Shown piece by piece: positions 35,177 to 45,900 of a stretch of DNA of 64,000 bases (positions within the stretch are counted from its first letter, which is position 1; the number at the start of each line of letters is the position of its first letter). Below the pieces are notes generated by a model. It was given only the letters and a program-made list of their open reading frames with translations, ran no database searches and was not told the DNA's origin. The position numbers and the translations under genes were made by a program. Source of the stretch: an uncultured delta proteobacterium. Lineage in GTDB: Bacteria > Myxococcota > Myxococcia > SLRQ01. The stretch is from NCBI GenBank assembly GCA_963727485.1, contig CAVSGM010000003.1, forward strand, positions 704,001-768,000. Reading direction: 5' to 3'.

Positions 35177-36667
35177 TCATTGGCACTGGTCGGCACCGAC
35201 GTCGTTGTCGCTGCCACGGGCCTCTGCGTCGAGGTCATCCTTGACGTCGGCCAGCACCCCGCCCTTGCCGGCGACGGCGGGGAGGTTGCACCCGGCAAGG
35301 TGCAGATCGCCCGCATCAGGGGACAAGAAGAAGCTCGCTGTGGCTGTCGTCACGTTGCTGCCGAGGGTTGCCGTGGCGCCGTTGCGGGCGGCGATCGCGT
35401 TGCTGGTCAGGTTGTTCTTCACGACCAGGCCGCTGCTGACGTCCCAGCGGTACTCGATCGCGTTCGGGTAGGCCTGGGGCGACGAGAAGAAGACGGTGTT
35501 GTTGAGGAGCTTCACCCCGTGGCCGCGCTCGACGCTGATCCCCACGTCGTGCTCGGCGTCCCCGGCAAACTTCGAGAACACGGTGTTGTTGCGCACCATC
35601 GTGCCGTAGACGTCCGCCGTCATGCCGACGCCAATGCCCCGGGCGCAGTTCGTGATCACGTTGCGTTCGATGGTGTGGGCGGTGCCCTGGGGACTGTCCC
35701 ACATGTGGATTGCGTACTCGGCCAGTCCACCCGTGTAGGTCTGTCCGCCACGCTCGCTGGCCTTCTTGCCGTGAGCCGGCCGCTGCACCCCGCCGGCGTC
35801 GCAGTAGATGCCCTCGAAGTGGTTGTCGGCGATCAGCCAATTGCGCGCGCCGTGCGCGTCGATGCCGCCCGTGTAGCAAGTGGTGCCGCCCGTCTGCGAT
35901 CCGTAGCCCCAGACGTTGTCGCGCCCGGCCGGCGTCATCGAGAACTCGCTGCAGGTGACCTGCACGTTGTCGACGAACTCGCCCGAGCCGGGGCTCGCCT
36001 TTACGAACTGCTCTCCGCCGTCGATCAGGTGCAGGTTCTGAAGCACCACGTTGTCAGCGTTGGACCAGAGGTGGACCAGGTGAAAGATGCTGCGCTTCAG
36101 TGTCAGGTCGGCGACCACCACGCCAGGCGCGTCGATCGTCATCAGAGCCGTCGTGCCGCCGTGGTCGGCGTAGTCTGAATCGAGGACCACTGCCGCGGCG
36201 TTGCCCGACTTCGAGCGCAGCGTCACGTTCGGCTTGGTGAAGTAGAGTCCCGTGTAGTCGCCGCTTCCCGTGGACTCCGGAAACGTGTAGGTGCCGTCGT
36301 CGAGCACGATGATGTCACCCGACGCCGCCCCCGACACCACCGCGCGCAGCGTCTTCGTACCCCCACCCGCAACGTTGACCATTCCGCCCGCAGCGGGCGA
36401 CACCTCGATGATCTTGCCGGGCTTGGTGCGGATTGCCTGCGAGCGGGCCAGGCAGGCCGCCTCGGCGGCGGTGACACCGCCGTCGGTGCCGCCGTCCGTC
36501 CCCGTGCCGCCGTCCGTCGTCGTGCCGCCGTCCGTCCCCGTGCCGCCGTCCGTCGTCGTGCCGCCAGCGTCGCCGCCGGTCGAGCCGGGATGGCCTCCGC
36601 AGCCGCCGGCAAGCGTGAACAGGAACAGCGCGAGCACGGCGAAGCGGCGGTGGATGGAGGTACGCAT
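35177..36667 (-). CDS. Lipoprotein with right-handed beta-helix
   Basis: Lipobox LAGGC, GTDGG linker, parallel beta-helix repeats, DVGADQ end. Confidence 0.75.
   Translation of the reverse strand: MRTSIHRRFAVLALFLFTLAGGCGGHPGSTGGDAGGTTTDGGTGTDGGTTTDGGTGTDGGTDGGVTAAEAACLARSQAIRTKPGKIIEVSPAAGGMVNVAGGGTKTLRAVVSGAASGDIIVLDDGTYTFPESTGSGDYTGLYFTKPNVTLRSKSGNAAAVVLDSDYADHGGTTALMTIDAPGVVVADLTLKRSIFHLVHLWSNADNVVLQNLHLIDGGEQFVKASPGSGEFVDNVQVTCSEFSMTPAGRDNVWGYGSQTGGTTCYTGGIDAHGARNWLIADNHFEGIYCDAGGVQRPAHGKKASERGGQTYTGGLAEYAIHMWDSPQGTAHTIERNVITNCARGIGVGMTADVYGTMVRNNTVFSKFAGDAEHDVGISVERGHGVKLLNNTVFFSSPQAYPNAIEYRWDVSSGLVVKNNLTSNAIAARNGATATLGSNVTTATASFFLSPDAGDLHLAGCNLPAVAGKGGVLADVKDDLDAEARGSDNDVGADQCQ
36486..36565. 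repeat. Tandem 18-bp coding repeats (GTDGGT/TTDGGT linker)
   Basis: GTGCCGCCGTCCGTC(CCC/GTC) four times. Confidence 0.85.
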
Positions 36668-36848
36668 TCGGGGAGCCTAGCACTTCCCAATTCGCAGACG
36701 GCAAGGAAGGCCAACCCCCGCCTGCACCGCCATCCACGGCCAGCTGTGGAGTGCCGCCAGGTTGTTCAGGCTACCCGGCCGCGTGGTGCCCGCGCCGGGC
36801 TGGCACCGCCCGGGGGCCGGCCCTACACCTGTGTTCTGGGAGGGACAC

Positions 36849-37388
36849 ATGATGAAGCTGCTCGCGATGCTGGCCCTGGGCCTCGCCATCGGCGCCTGCG
36901 CGACCACCGCCACGGCCCAGGGCGAGCTGCCGCCGCTCCAGACGGTGCCGAAGGTCGAGCTCTCGCGCTACCTCGGGACCTGGTACGAGATCGCCAGCTT
37001 CCCCCAGCGCTTCCAGCGCGGCTGCACCGGCACCACCGCCACCTACTCGCTCATGGACAACGGCGAGCTCCGGGTGGTCAACCGCTGCTTCAAGGGCTCC
37101 CTCGACGGCAAGCTCTCCGTCGCGCGCGGCCACGCCTGGGTCGTCGACAAGACGACGAACGCGAAGCTCGAGGTGAGCTTCTTCTGGCCCTTCCACGGCG
37201 CCTACTGGATCATCGATCTCGATCCCGACTACCGGTACGCCGTCGTCGGCAACCCGAGCCGCGACTACCTGTGGATCCTCTCGCGTACGCCGTCGATGGA
37301 TCCCGAGGTCTACGCCGGCATCCTGAAGCGGCTCGCGGCGCAGGGCTACGACACCAGCCGGCTGGTGCGGACGTTGCAGAAGGGCTAG
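36849..37388 (+). CDS. blc: Bacterial lipocalin, copy 2
   Basis: Near-identical to 31910-32446; has a lipobox-like IGAC. Confidence 0.92.
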   Translation: MMKLLAMLALGLAIGACATTATAQGELPPLQTVPKVELSRYLGTWYEIASFPQRFQRGCTGTTATYSLMDNGELRVVNRCFKGSLDGKLSVARGHAWVVDKTTNAKLEVSFFWPFHGAYWIIDLDPDYRYAVVGNPSRDYLWILSRTPSMDPEVYAGILKRLAAQGYDTSRLVRTLQKG

Positions 37389-37456
37389 CGGCGCCCGCGA
37401 TACCCCTCGGTCAAACGGCGGATGGGCAGACGCGCGTGGTCTGCGATCATCGCGCC

Positions 37457-37948
37457 ATGAAACGAGCCCTCGGCGTCGCGGCCCTGTGTCTCTTTGCCGC
37501 CTGTCATCCACGGGTGCCGATCAACGACACCTTCCCCGGCCGCACGGCGCGCGAGATCCTGGCGCACGCCGAGAGCGCCACCATCTCCCGCACCGAGCAA
37601 CCGTCCGGTGCCAGCGCCACCCGCAAGCTCGGCTCCCGCGATCGCGGAAAGATCATCGAGGCGATGCTGGCGCTGAAGCCCGGCGGCGGCTGCCGGTGCC
37701 TCTGCGGCTTCCTCGATCACAAGTGGTACCTCGATTACGAGGTGAAGGGTCCCCTGGGCAGCGTGACCCTCGAGAAGATCTACGGCTGTCCGTTTGCGCC
37801 AACGCTGACGGTCGTCTCGGCGAAGACCGGGAAGACCACCTCCGTCAAGGTGGAGGTACAGGGACTGGATGCGCCGGAGCGGATCTTCAAGCGCATCTTC
37901 CCCAAGAGCGGGCCGTTCGTGGAAGCCGCCGGTCACGGCGCGCAGTAG
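37457..37948 (+). CDS. Hypothetical lipoprotein
   Basis: MKRALGVAALCLFAAC lipobox; CRCLC. Confidence 0.65.
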   Translation: MKRALGVAALCLFAACHPRVPINDTFPGRTAREILAHAESATISRTEQPSGASATRKLGSRDRGKIIEAMLALKPGGGCRCLCGFLDHKWYLDYEVKGPLGSVTLEKIYGCPFAPTLTVVSAKTGKTTSVKVEVQGLDAPERIFKRIFPKSGPFVEAAGHGAQ

Positions 37949-38052
37949 ACTTCGGGGCATCCGCGGGACCCGGGACCCTGCCCGCGCCCCACCGCGCGAC
38001 CGCTCGGGACGCACCGACCCCGCCCGCCGCGCCGAGAAGCGGGCGCGGGAGC

Positions 38053-39546
38053 TCACCGCGGCACGTGCACGCCGGTGGTGCTCGGATCGAGCAGGCTGCC
38101 GAGGTTGTGCACCTGGGCGTCGTTGTACCCGAGCTGGCCCACCGGGCCGAGGAAGTTGTACTCGAGGAACCGCACAATCGACGAGTGCTCCAGGGTCACG
38201 TGCGAGAGGGTGCCGGGCTTCACGAACGGCCCCAGGACCAAGAGCGGCACCCGGGTCCCATAGGGCACCGGGTTCCCCTGGGCGTCGGTGTCGATGCTCG
38301 GCGGCGGCGGGACGTGGTCGAAGAAGCCGCCGCCCTCGTCCCAGGTGATGAGGATCAGGGTGGAGTCGGCCTCGGCGGACTGCTGGACGGTCTGGACCAC
38401 CTGCTCCACGAAGGCCTCGCCGTCGTGGATGTTGGAGACGTTCGGGTGCTCGTTCCTCGTCGTCAGCGCCTTGAGGTAGGCGAAGTTGGGCAGCGCGCCG
38501 CTCGCCACGTCCTGGGCGAACTGCGAGAAGTCGACGATGTCCGGGCCGTCGGCGAACTGCGCGTAATAGGCGAAGGGGATGTCCGAGGCGTCGTAGCGGC
38601 ACGCCTGGTGGGCCACGGGGTGGGCGACGGCGCCGTACTGGCAATCGGCCGCGATGCCCGGACAGTGCCCGTAGCCGGCCGCCTTCGCCTCCGCGTAGCC
38701 CTGGGCGTAGACCTTGAAGGTCTTGCCGGCCGCGAGGAGCAGGTCGGCGATGGTGGTGCGACCGTAGTACTTGGTCCGGTGCGCCGAGATGCAGACCGCG
38801 TCGGCGGTGCAGTCGAGGAGGCAGCCGATGGCGTCGGGCATGTTCTGGTTGTCCACGAACTGCTCGTGGGCGATGGCGAAGTACATGTCGTTCGACGAGG
38901 TGCTGCCGGCGATGGGCTGGAAGTAGCGGTCCGCGAGCGCGCCCTCGCCCGCGAGCTGCCAGTAGGTGCCCACCGTGCTCGCGTCCGCGAGAGCGTAGTT
39001 GTCGGCGGCGGAGCAGTTGGGCCCCGTGCCGAGGCAGGTGTCGGAGCCGCTGGCGCCGCTGACGTAGCCGTCCATGGCGCCGCCGTCGATCTGCTGCAGC
39101 TCGCAGGCCTGGGTGTGGTCGCGGTCGCTGGCGAAGTTGCTGGCGTCGTCGAGCACCGTGGGAAAGGCGCCGCGGGGCTCGGTCCCCGGCGCGGCTTCGC
39201 AGCACGACGGCCCCTGGGTGCAGGTGGGGTCGGAGTACGCCGGCGCCTGGCAGTAGAGGCCGAAGTAGGCGTCGAAGGTGTGGTTCTCCTCCACCACCAG
39301 CACCACGTGCTTTATCTTCGAGTCCTGGCAGGTCGCGTCGGCGCAGTGCTGCGCGCCGGTGCACGCGGTCTGGCAGGCGCCGCAGTGGGCGTCGTTCTCG
39401 GTGACGTCGATGCACTGGCCGCCGCAGAACGCCTGGCCGGTGGGACAGGAGGGACCGGCGTCCGGGGTGCCGGCGGGGCCGTGGCCGCAGCCGACCAGCG
39501 GGACGAGGAGGACGAGGAGGACGAGGAGCCAGAGTCGAGCGTGCAC
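38053..39546 (-). CDS. Phosphoesterase/phospholipase C family lipoprotein with Cys-rich N-terminal repeat
   Basis: IKHVVLVVEENHTFD, TWDEGGGFFDHV, GTRVP; CGGQCID...HCGAC. Confidence 0.88.
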   Translation of the reverse strand: MHARLWLLVLLVLLVPLVGCGHGPAGTPDAGPSCPTGQAFCGGQCIDVTENDAHCGACQTACTGAQHCADATCQDSKIKHVVLVVEENHTFDAYFGLYCQAPAYSDPTCTQGPSCCEAAPGTEPRGAFPTVLDDASNFASDRDHTQACELQQIDGGAMDGYVSGASGSDTCLGTGPNCSAADNYALADASTVGTYWQLAGEGALADRYFQPIAGSTSSNDMYFAIAHEQFVDNQNMPDAIGCLLDCTADAVCISAHRTKYYGRTTIADLLLAAGKTFKVYAQGYAEAKAAGYGHCPGIAADCQYGAVAHPVAHQACRYDASDIPFAYYAQFADGPDIVDFSQFAQDVASGALPNFAYLKALTTRNEHPNVSNIHDGEAFVEQVVQTVQQSAEADSTLILITWDEGGGFFDHVPPPPSIDTDAQGNPVPYGTRVPLLVLGPFVKPGTLSHVTLEHSSIVRFLEYNFLGPVGQLGYNDAQVHNLGSLLDPSTTGVHVPR

Positions 39547-39573
39547 GCCCCAGTTTACCACGCGGCCCGCCGC

Positions 39574-39981
39574 TCAGCCGCCGAGGGTGAGCTCGGCCTC
39601 GGCCGGCGCCTCGCCGACGGGGTGACCCATGCGCTCGAAGCGCACCACGAGGCGGCCGGCGGCGTCCGCGGGGAGCCCGTGGCTCTCGGCGAGGTCCACG
39701 GCGACCTCCAGGGCCTGCCCGGGCTCCAGGGTGCCGTAGAGGCGCTCGCTCGGCGCCACGCTGACCATCGGGCCCGCGTAGCGCACCTCGTGCCCCTCGA
39801 GGGTCACCTTCAGCCGGCTCGCGAGGTTGAAGGTGAACACGTGGACGGTCCGCGCCGACGTGTTCTCGAAGCGCACGGTGGCCACCACGTGGTCCCCGGC
39901 GCGGGTGAGGGCAAGCGTGGTCACGACCTCACCGGGGTCGATGCGGCCGTACGCGTGCCAGTCGATGTGCGCCTCGCCCAT
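39574..39981 (-). CDS. Hypothetical protein
   Basis: GGAGG RBS; MGEAHIDW...; beta-rich. Confidence 0.55.
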   Translation of the reverse strand: MGEAHIDWHAYGRIDPGEVVTTLALTRAGDHVVATVRFENTSARTVHVFTFNLASRLKVTLEGHEVRYAGPMVSVAPSERLYGTLEPGQALEVAVDLAESHGLPADAAGRLVVRFERMGHPVGEAPAEAELTLGG

Positions 39982-39994
39982 GGTGGCCTCCACC

Positions 39995-42900
39995 CTACGC
40001 CTCCCCGGCGGCCCGCGCGACAGACCCCAGCCGCACCCGGACCTCGCGGGTGCCCGTGCCGGCCGGGTCCAGGCGGAATCCGGTTCCCCGCAATCCGGGC
40101 GCCGTCCACGGTCAGCGTCGCCACCCCGCTCGCCACGCCGTCGGGGTTCTCGACCACCACGTGGACGACCTGCTGCCCGCTGTGGACCCAGGCCTCGAAG
40201 CCCGGCCACGCCGGGGGGATGCAGGGATCGAGGCGCAGCTGGCCCTCGTCCCGGCGGAGGCCGAGGATGCCCTCGACGCCCAGGCGCCACAGCCACGCCG
40301 CCGCGCCGGTGTACCAGGTCCAGCCGCCGCGCCCGACCCAGGGGGCGGCGCTGTAGACGTCGCCGGCCAGGGCGTAGGGCTCGACCCGGTAGCGCTCGGC
40401 GTCGGCCAGGGTGCGGACCCGGAGCGCCGGGTTGAGCAGGCGGAAGATCCGCTCGGCGCCCTCGCCGTCGCCGAGGGCGGCGTGGGCCAGGCCGAGCCAG
40501 GTGGCGGCGTGGGTGTACTGGCCTCCGTTCTCGCGGATGCCGGGCGGGTAGGCGCGGATGTAGCCGGGGTCGTGGCGCGTGGTGTCGAACGGGGGCCGCA
40601 GGAGGAGGACCAGCCGGTCGGCCTCGAGCACCAGGCGCTCGTCGGCGGCGGCCAGCGCCCGGCGCGCCCGCTTGGGGTCGCCGGCACCGGAGAGGACCGC
40701 CCACGACTGGGCGATGGAGTCGATGGTGCACTCCCGCGACCGCGTGGAGCCCAGGCGCGAGCCGTCGTCGTGGAAGGCGCGCAGGTACCAGTCGCCGTCC
40801 CAGGCCGAGGCCTCCAGGTTGTGGCGAAGCCCCTCCGCCCGGCTTCGCCACGCCGCCGCCTCCTCGTCGTCCCCCCGGCGCTCGCAGAGCCCGGCGAAGC
40901 GCTGGAGGGTGCTGAACAAGAACCACCCGAGCCACACGCTCTCCCCGCGACCCTCGGCGCCGACGCGGTTCATCCCGTCGTTCCAGTCCCCGTCGCCCAT
41001 CAGCGGCAGCCCGTGTCGCCCGCGGGTGGCGCCTTTCGCCACCGCCCGTCGGCAGTGCTCGAGGAGGGGCTCGGGGGCCGGCGCCGACTCGAAGAGGGCG
41101 TAGCGGTCGTGCTCGTCGCGCCGGAGGGGGGCGCCCCGCAGCAGCGGCACCCGCTCCGACAGGATCGAATCGTCGCCGGTGGCCGAGACGTACTCCGCGA
41201 CCACGTAGGGCAGCCACAGCAGATCGTCGGAGCAGTGGGTCCGCACCCCGCGCCCGGAGGGGGGGTGCCACCAGTGGAGGACGTCGCCCTCCTCGAACTG
41301 GTGCGCCGCCGCCTCGAGGATGTGGGCCCGGGCGAGCTCGGGCGCCGCGTGGAGCAGCGCCATCACGTCCTGGAGCTGATCGCGGAACCCGAAGGCGCCG
41401 CTGGACTGGTAGAACGCCGTCCGCCCGAACACCCGCGAGGAGAGGCTCTGGTAGAGCAGCCACCGGTTGAGCATCAGATCCATCGACGGCTCCGGGGTCT
41501 TGACCTGTACGCTCCCGAGGATCCGGTCCCAGAACTGCCCCAGCGCCACCTGCGCGGCGTCCACCGTCGCCGGGGCGCGGTAGCGCTCGACCACCGCCAG
41601 CGCCTCGGCCCGGCTCGCCGCCTCCCCGAGGAGGAAGTGGGTCTCGATCGTCTCGCCGGGCTCGAGCTCCAGGTGCACCTGCAGCGCCGCGCAGGGATCG
41701 AGGCCGCCGCCGACCCGGCCACCGAGGCCCCAGCGCTCCAGGGCGGCCGGTCGCGCGTAGTCCCCGCGCCGCCCGAGGAACTCGGCGCGGTCGGCGGTGA
41801 ACCCGTGGAGCTCCCGCGCCGAGGCGACGAACGCCACCCGATCCGCGAACTCGGGCCGCCAGCTGCAGCGGGCCAGGATGCTCGCGTGGCTCTGGACCTG
41901 CTCGGTGGTGATGTACGCCTGCTGCGCCTCCCGCAGCGCCCCCAGGACCCACTCGACGTAGTAGGTGGCGGTGAGCCGCCGGTGGCGCGTCAGGGTGTTC
42001 TTCAGGCGCAGCCGCAGCACCTTCACCGGCGCGTCGGGCGGGACGAAGACCGAGAGCGCCTGCTCCAGCCCGTGGCACTCCCGCTGGTAGCGCGTGTAGC
42101 CGGCGCCGTGGCGGACGAGCACCTCGCCGTGCTGGCCGGCCGGCCGCGGCGTCGGCGACCAGATCGCGGCGGTCTCCTCGTCGCGCAGGTAGAGGACCTC
42201 GGAGGGCGTGTCGAAGACCGGGTCGTTGCGCCACGGGGTGAGCCGGTTCTCGCCGGCGTTGAGCGACCAGGTGGAGCCGAGGGACGACTCGCTGACCAGG
42301 CAGCCGAAGGTCGAATTCGCCAGCACGTTGCCCCACGGCGCCGGGGTCGGCGCGCCGGGCCGGACCCGGATCACGTACTCGCGGCCGTCCTCGGTGAAGC
42401 CGCCGAGGCCGTGGTCGAAGGCCAGGGTCGGCGCCGCCACCGGGCGCGCGCCGTCGTCCTCCACCAGGGTCGGCTCGAGGCGGGGCGCGTCCCGGCGGAC
42501 CTCGGCCGGTCGCGCGAAGCGGGCGGCGAGCGAGCCGTCCCGGGTGTCGAGGACGGCGCGGGCGCTGGCCTCGAGGTCGCGGCCCTCGTCCTCGGAGATC
42601 TGGTCGCTCGCCAGGACGACGATGCCGCCGCGGCGATTGATCCACTCGTCGAGCTCATGCTGGGCGATCACGCTGCGCAGCGTGCCGGAGCCTTCGGCGG
42701 CGTAGCCGGTGGCCTGCTCGTCGACGAGGACCACGTCGATCCGGATCCCGCAGAGCCGGAGGTAGCGGTGGGCGACGAGCACCTCGTGGAGGAGGGCCGC
42801 CTGGGCGTCGTGCACCCGGACCAGAAGGATCGGATCGTCGCCGGAGATCCCCCGCCCCCAGAGCCGGCTCTGTGACGGCCGCGCCTCGACCAGGACCTCC

Positions 42901-45900
42901 GAGGGCGGGCGGAACGCCGGATCGGCGAAGACCAGGGCCGAGAGCAGGCGCTGCACCGAGGGCACCAGCGCCGGCTCGAGGCCCAGGCGCTGCATCCGGC
43001 GCAGGGTCTCCGGCTCGGCGTCGCGGAAGGCCCAGCGCACCGCGTGCATCGAGCCGTACCGGCGCGCGAGCTCCAGGGCCTCGCTGCGGGAGCGGGCCAC
43101 CGCGGTGGCGAAGGCGAAGGTCACCGTGCCCCGAGGCTTGAGCTCGACGCCCGCGGTCAGGCTCATCACCGGGTCGAGCACCGCCCCCGTCCGGCCGCCC
43201 CGGGCGCCCTGTCCGGGTGAGAGCGCCCGCGGCGCCCGGGCGTGGGTCCCCCGGCCGAAGAAGGCGAGGCGGTCGGTCTCCTGGCCCGCCAGCGTGACCG
43301 CCGCCCCCTCCCGGACCAGCCGGTGGACGAGCACCGCCCGCCCCTCGGCGGCGGCCCGGGGACGCCGCGCGAAGAGGAGACCCTCGAGCTCGGCCACCGC
43401 CTCGCTCTCCAGGAAGAGCTTGGAGAACGCCGGATGGGTCGTCGCCTGGTCGGCCGGGAGCAGCACCGGCTCCCCCACGCTGGTCACCGACAGGCGCCGG
43501 CGCCGATCGGTCTCGTTGTGGATCGTGACCCGCCGGAGCTCGACGTCGTCGGCGGGGGCGACCGCCACGTCCACACGCATCGAGAGGCCCTGCTCGCGGC
43601 GATGGAACTCCGCCCGGTGGGCGGCGAAGGTGGTCCGTCCCCGCTCGGAGGTGGCCCGCCACCCGAGCCCGCTGTCCTGGTCCCGCACCTCGATCCACAG
43701 GCCCTCCTGGTCGCGATTGCGGTCGGTGCCCTGGCGGGTGAGCGCGAGCCCGTCCCAGAGCAGGCCGCCCCCGCCGGAGCCGGTGAGCAGGCTGCTGAGG
43801 CGACCGTTGCTCAGGATCTGCGCCTGAGGCCGGCCGCCGGCGCTCGGCGACCAGGGCGCGGGCGCGGGGAGCGGGGCCCCGTTCCCGGCGGCGCGCAGGG
43901 TCTCGGGGCGCTCGGCGATCGGCCACTCCCGCGGCGCGTGGGCGGGGGCCCGCTCGTTGAGCAGGGCCTCGCCGGTCTCGACCAGGGCGTTGGCGTGGAA
44001 GCGCGCGACCATGACCTCCTGGTTCAGGCAGTTGTCCAGGGCGACCAGGAGCATCCCCTGGTGGTGGGCCATGTACGAGCGCACCACCGCCCCCGGCCTG
44101 CCGTCGGGCACCCGGTTCGGCCGCAGGTCCAGCGCCTCGAAGAGCCCGTAGGCGCCGAGCATCCCCCGGGCCTCCAGCGCGGCGAGGTTGTCGACCACGG
44201 CCCGGGGCCGGATCGACACCCCCAGGGCCGAGGCATAGGGCGCGACCACCAGGTCCTCCTCCAGCCCCCGCTTGAACCCGAGCCCGGGCACGCCGAACGA
44301 CCGGTACTGGTAGGTGTGGTGCGCGTCGAGGCGGGCGTAGGCCGACTCCGAGACCCCCCAGGGCGCGCCCCGCGCCGCCATCCAGGCCACCTGGGCGTCG
44401 ACCACCCGGGCGCTGGTCTCCGCCAGGAGCGTCCCCTCGTGGCTGCGCATCAGCAGGCCCGGCATCAGGTACTCGAACATCGACCCGCCCCAGGAGAGGA
44501 GCGCGGGCCCGCCGTGAACCCGGGTCATCGGGCGCCCCAGGGCATACCAGTGGGACTCGGGCACCTCGCGCTTGACGATCGCCAGGTAGCTGGCGAGCCG
44601 CGCCTCCGAGGCGAGGAGGTCGTAGTGGTGCGAGTCGACCTGGTCGAGGGTGACGTTGTAGCCGATGCGGAAGAGCTTGCGTTCGTGATCGTAGAGGAGG
44701 CCGAAGTCCATCCCCTGGACCTGGGCCTCGGCGCGGCGGGCGACCGAGACCAGGTCGTCGTGCAGCGTCCTGGCGGTCGTCGCCGCCTGGCCGAGCGCCT
44801 CCCGGACCCGCTGCGCCGACCCTTGGAGCGCCTGCGAGAGCTCGCCCTTCGCCCGGTGTCCGGCCTCCCACCGGTCGAGCGCCTCGAGGCGGTCCCGACA
44901 CGCGCCGGGGATCTCGTGGAGCGCGGGCGCGGCCGGGAGGTCCTCGCCTCCGACCGCCGGCTCGCCGGTGAGCGCCAGCCAGGGGAGCAGCACCTCCAGC
45001 TCCTGGCGCACCTGCCGGAGCTGCTGGTGGAAGGTGTCCATCCAGGTGTGCAGGGCGTGGAGGCTCTCGGCCTCGTGGCGGTAGGTCCCCGACTCGAGGA
45101 GGGCGATGAGCGCCTGGTCGAGCTCGGCGGCGGTGTCGTCGGCGAGGGCGCACAGCCTCGCGTAGGCGTCCTGGGGACTGTCCCAGGGCGCCTCGAGGGC
45201 GCGGCGGATCCGCGCCATCGCCGGCGCCAGGCCGTCGGTCGGCGACACCGAAGCCGAGTCGATGACCTCCTGGAGGACGTCGAGGGTGTCGGTGAGGCCC
45301 GCCCCCAGCGCCGGGCGGAGGACCGGAGCCCGGGCCGCCGCCCGGCACCCCTCGGCAAGCGCGAGCAGGGCGCCGGCGAGGTTCCCGCTGTCCACGGTGG
45401 ACACGTAGCGGGGCAGAAGCGGCTGGAGGTTGCGGGTCTCGTACCAGTTGAGCAGATGGCCCTGGTAGTGGGTGAGCCGCTCCAGGGTGTCGACGGCGCT
45501 GCGCAGGCGCAGGACCAGCTCGCTTTGCCCGAGGTAGCCGAGGTCGTAGGCGGCGAGGGTCGACAGGAGCATCATCCCGATGTTCGTCGGCGAGGTCCGG
45601 TGCGCGGTCTGCTCCAGGGGCGCCGCCTGGTAGTTGTCGATGGGCAGCCACTGGTCGCCGGGGCCGACGAAGGTCTCGAAGAAGAGCCAGGTCCGCCGCG
45701 CGATCCGGCGCAGCCGCCGGCGATCTTTGGCGCGCAGCACCTCGCCGCGCGCGCGGGGCGGCTGGCCAAGCCACCGGGCGATCTCGGGCGCGAAGAGCCA
45801 GAGCCCCAGGAGCCCGGCCCCCACCGGGAGCGCCGCGGGCCGGACCCACCAGACCAGCGCGGTGCCGGCGAGGGCGAGGACGGGCGACAGGTACATCTCG

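Noticed and set aside
36486..36565. CRISPR-like repeats
   Set aside because: In-frame coding linker repeats with no unique spacers and no cas genes.
24200..38000. Integron cassette array
   Set aside because: No integrase, no recurring attC structure, and gene orientations are mixed.
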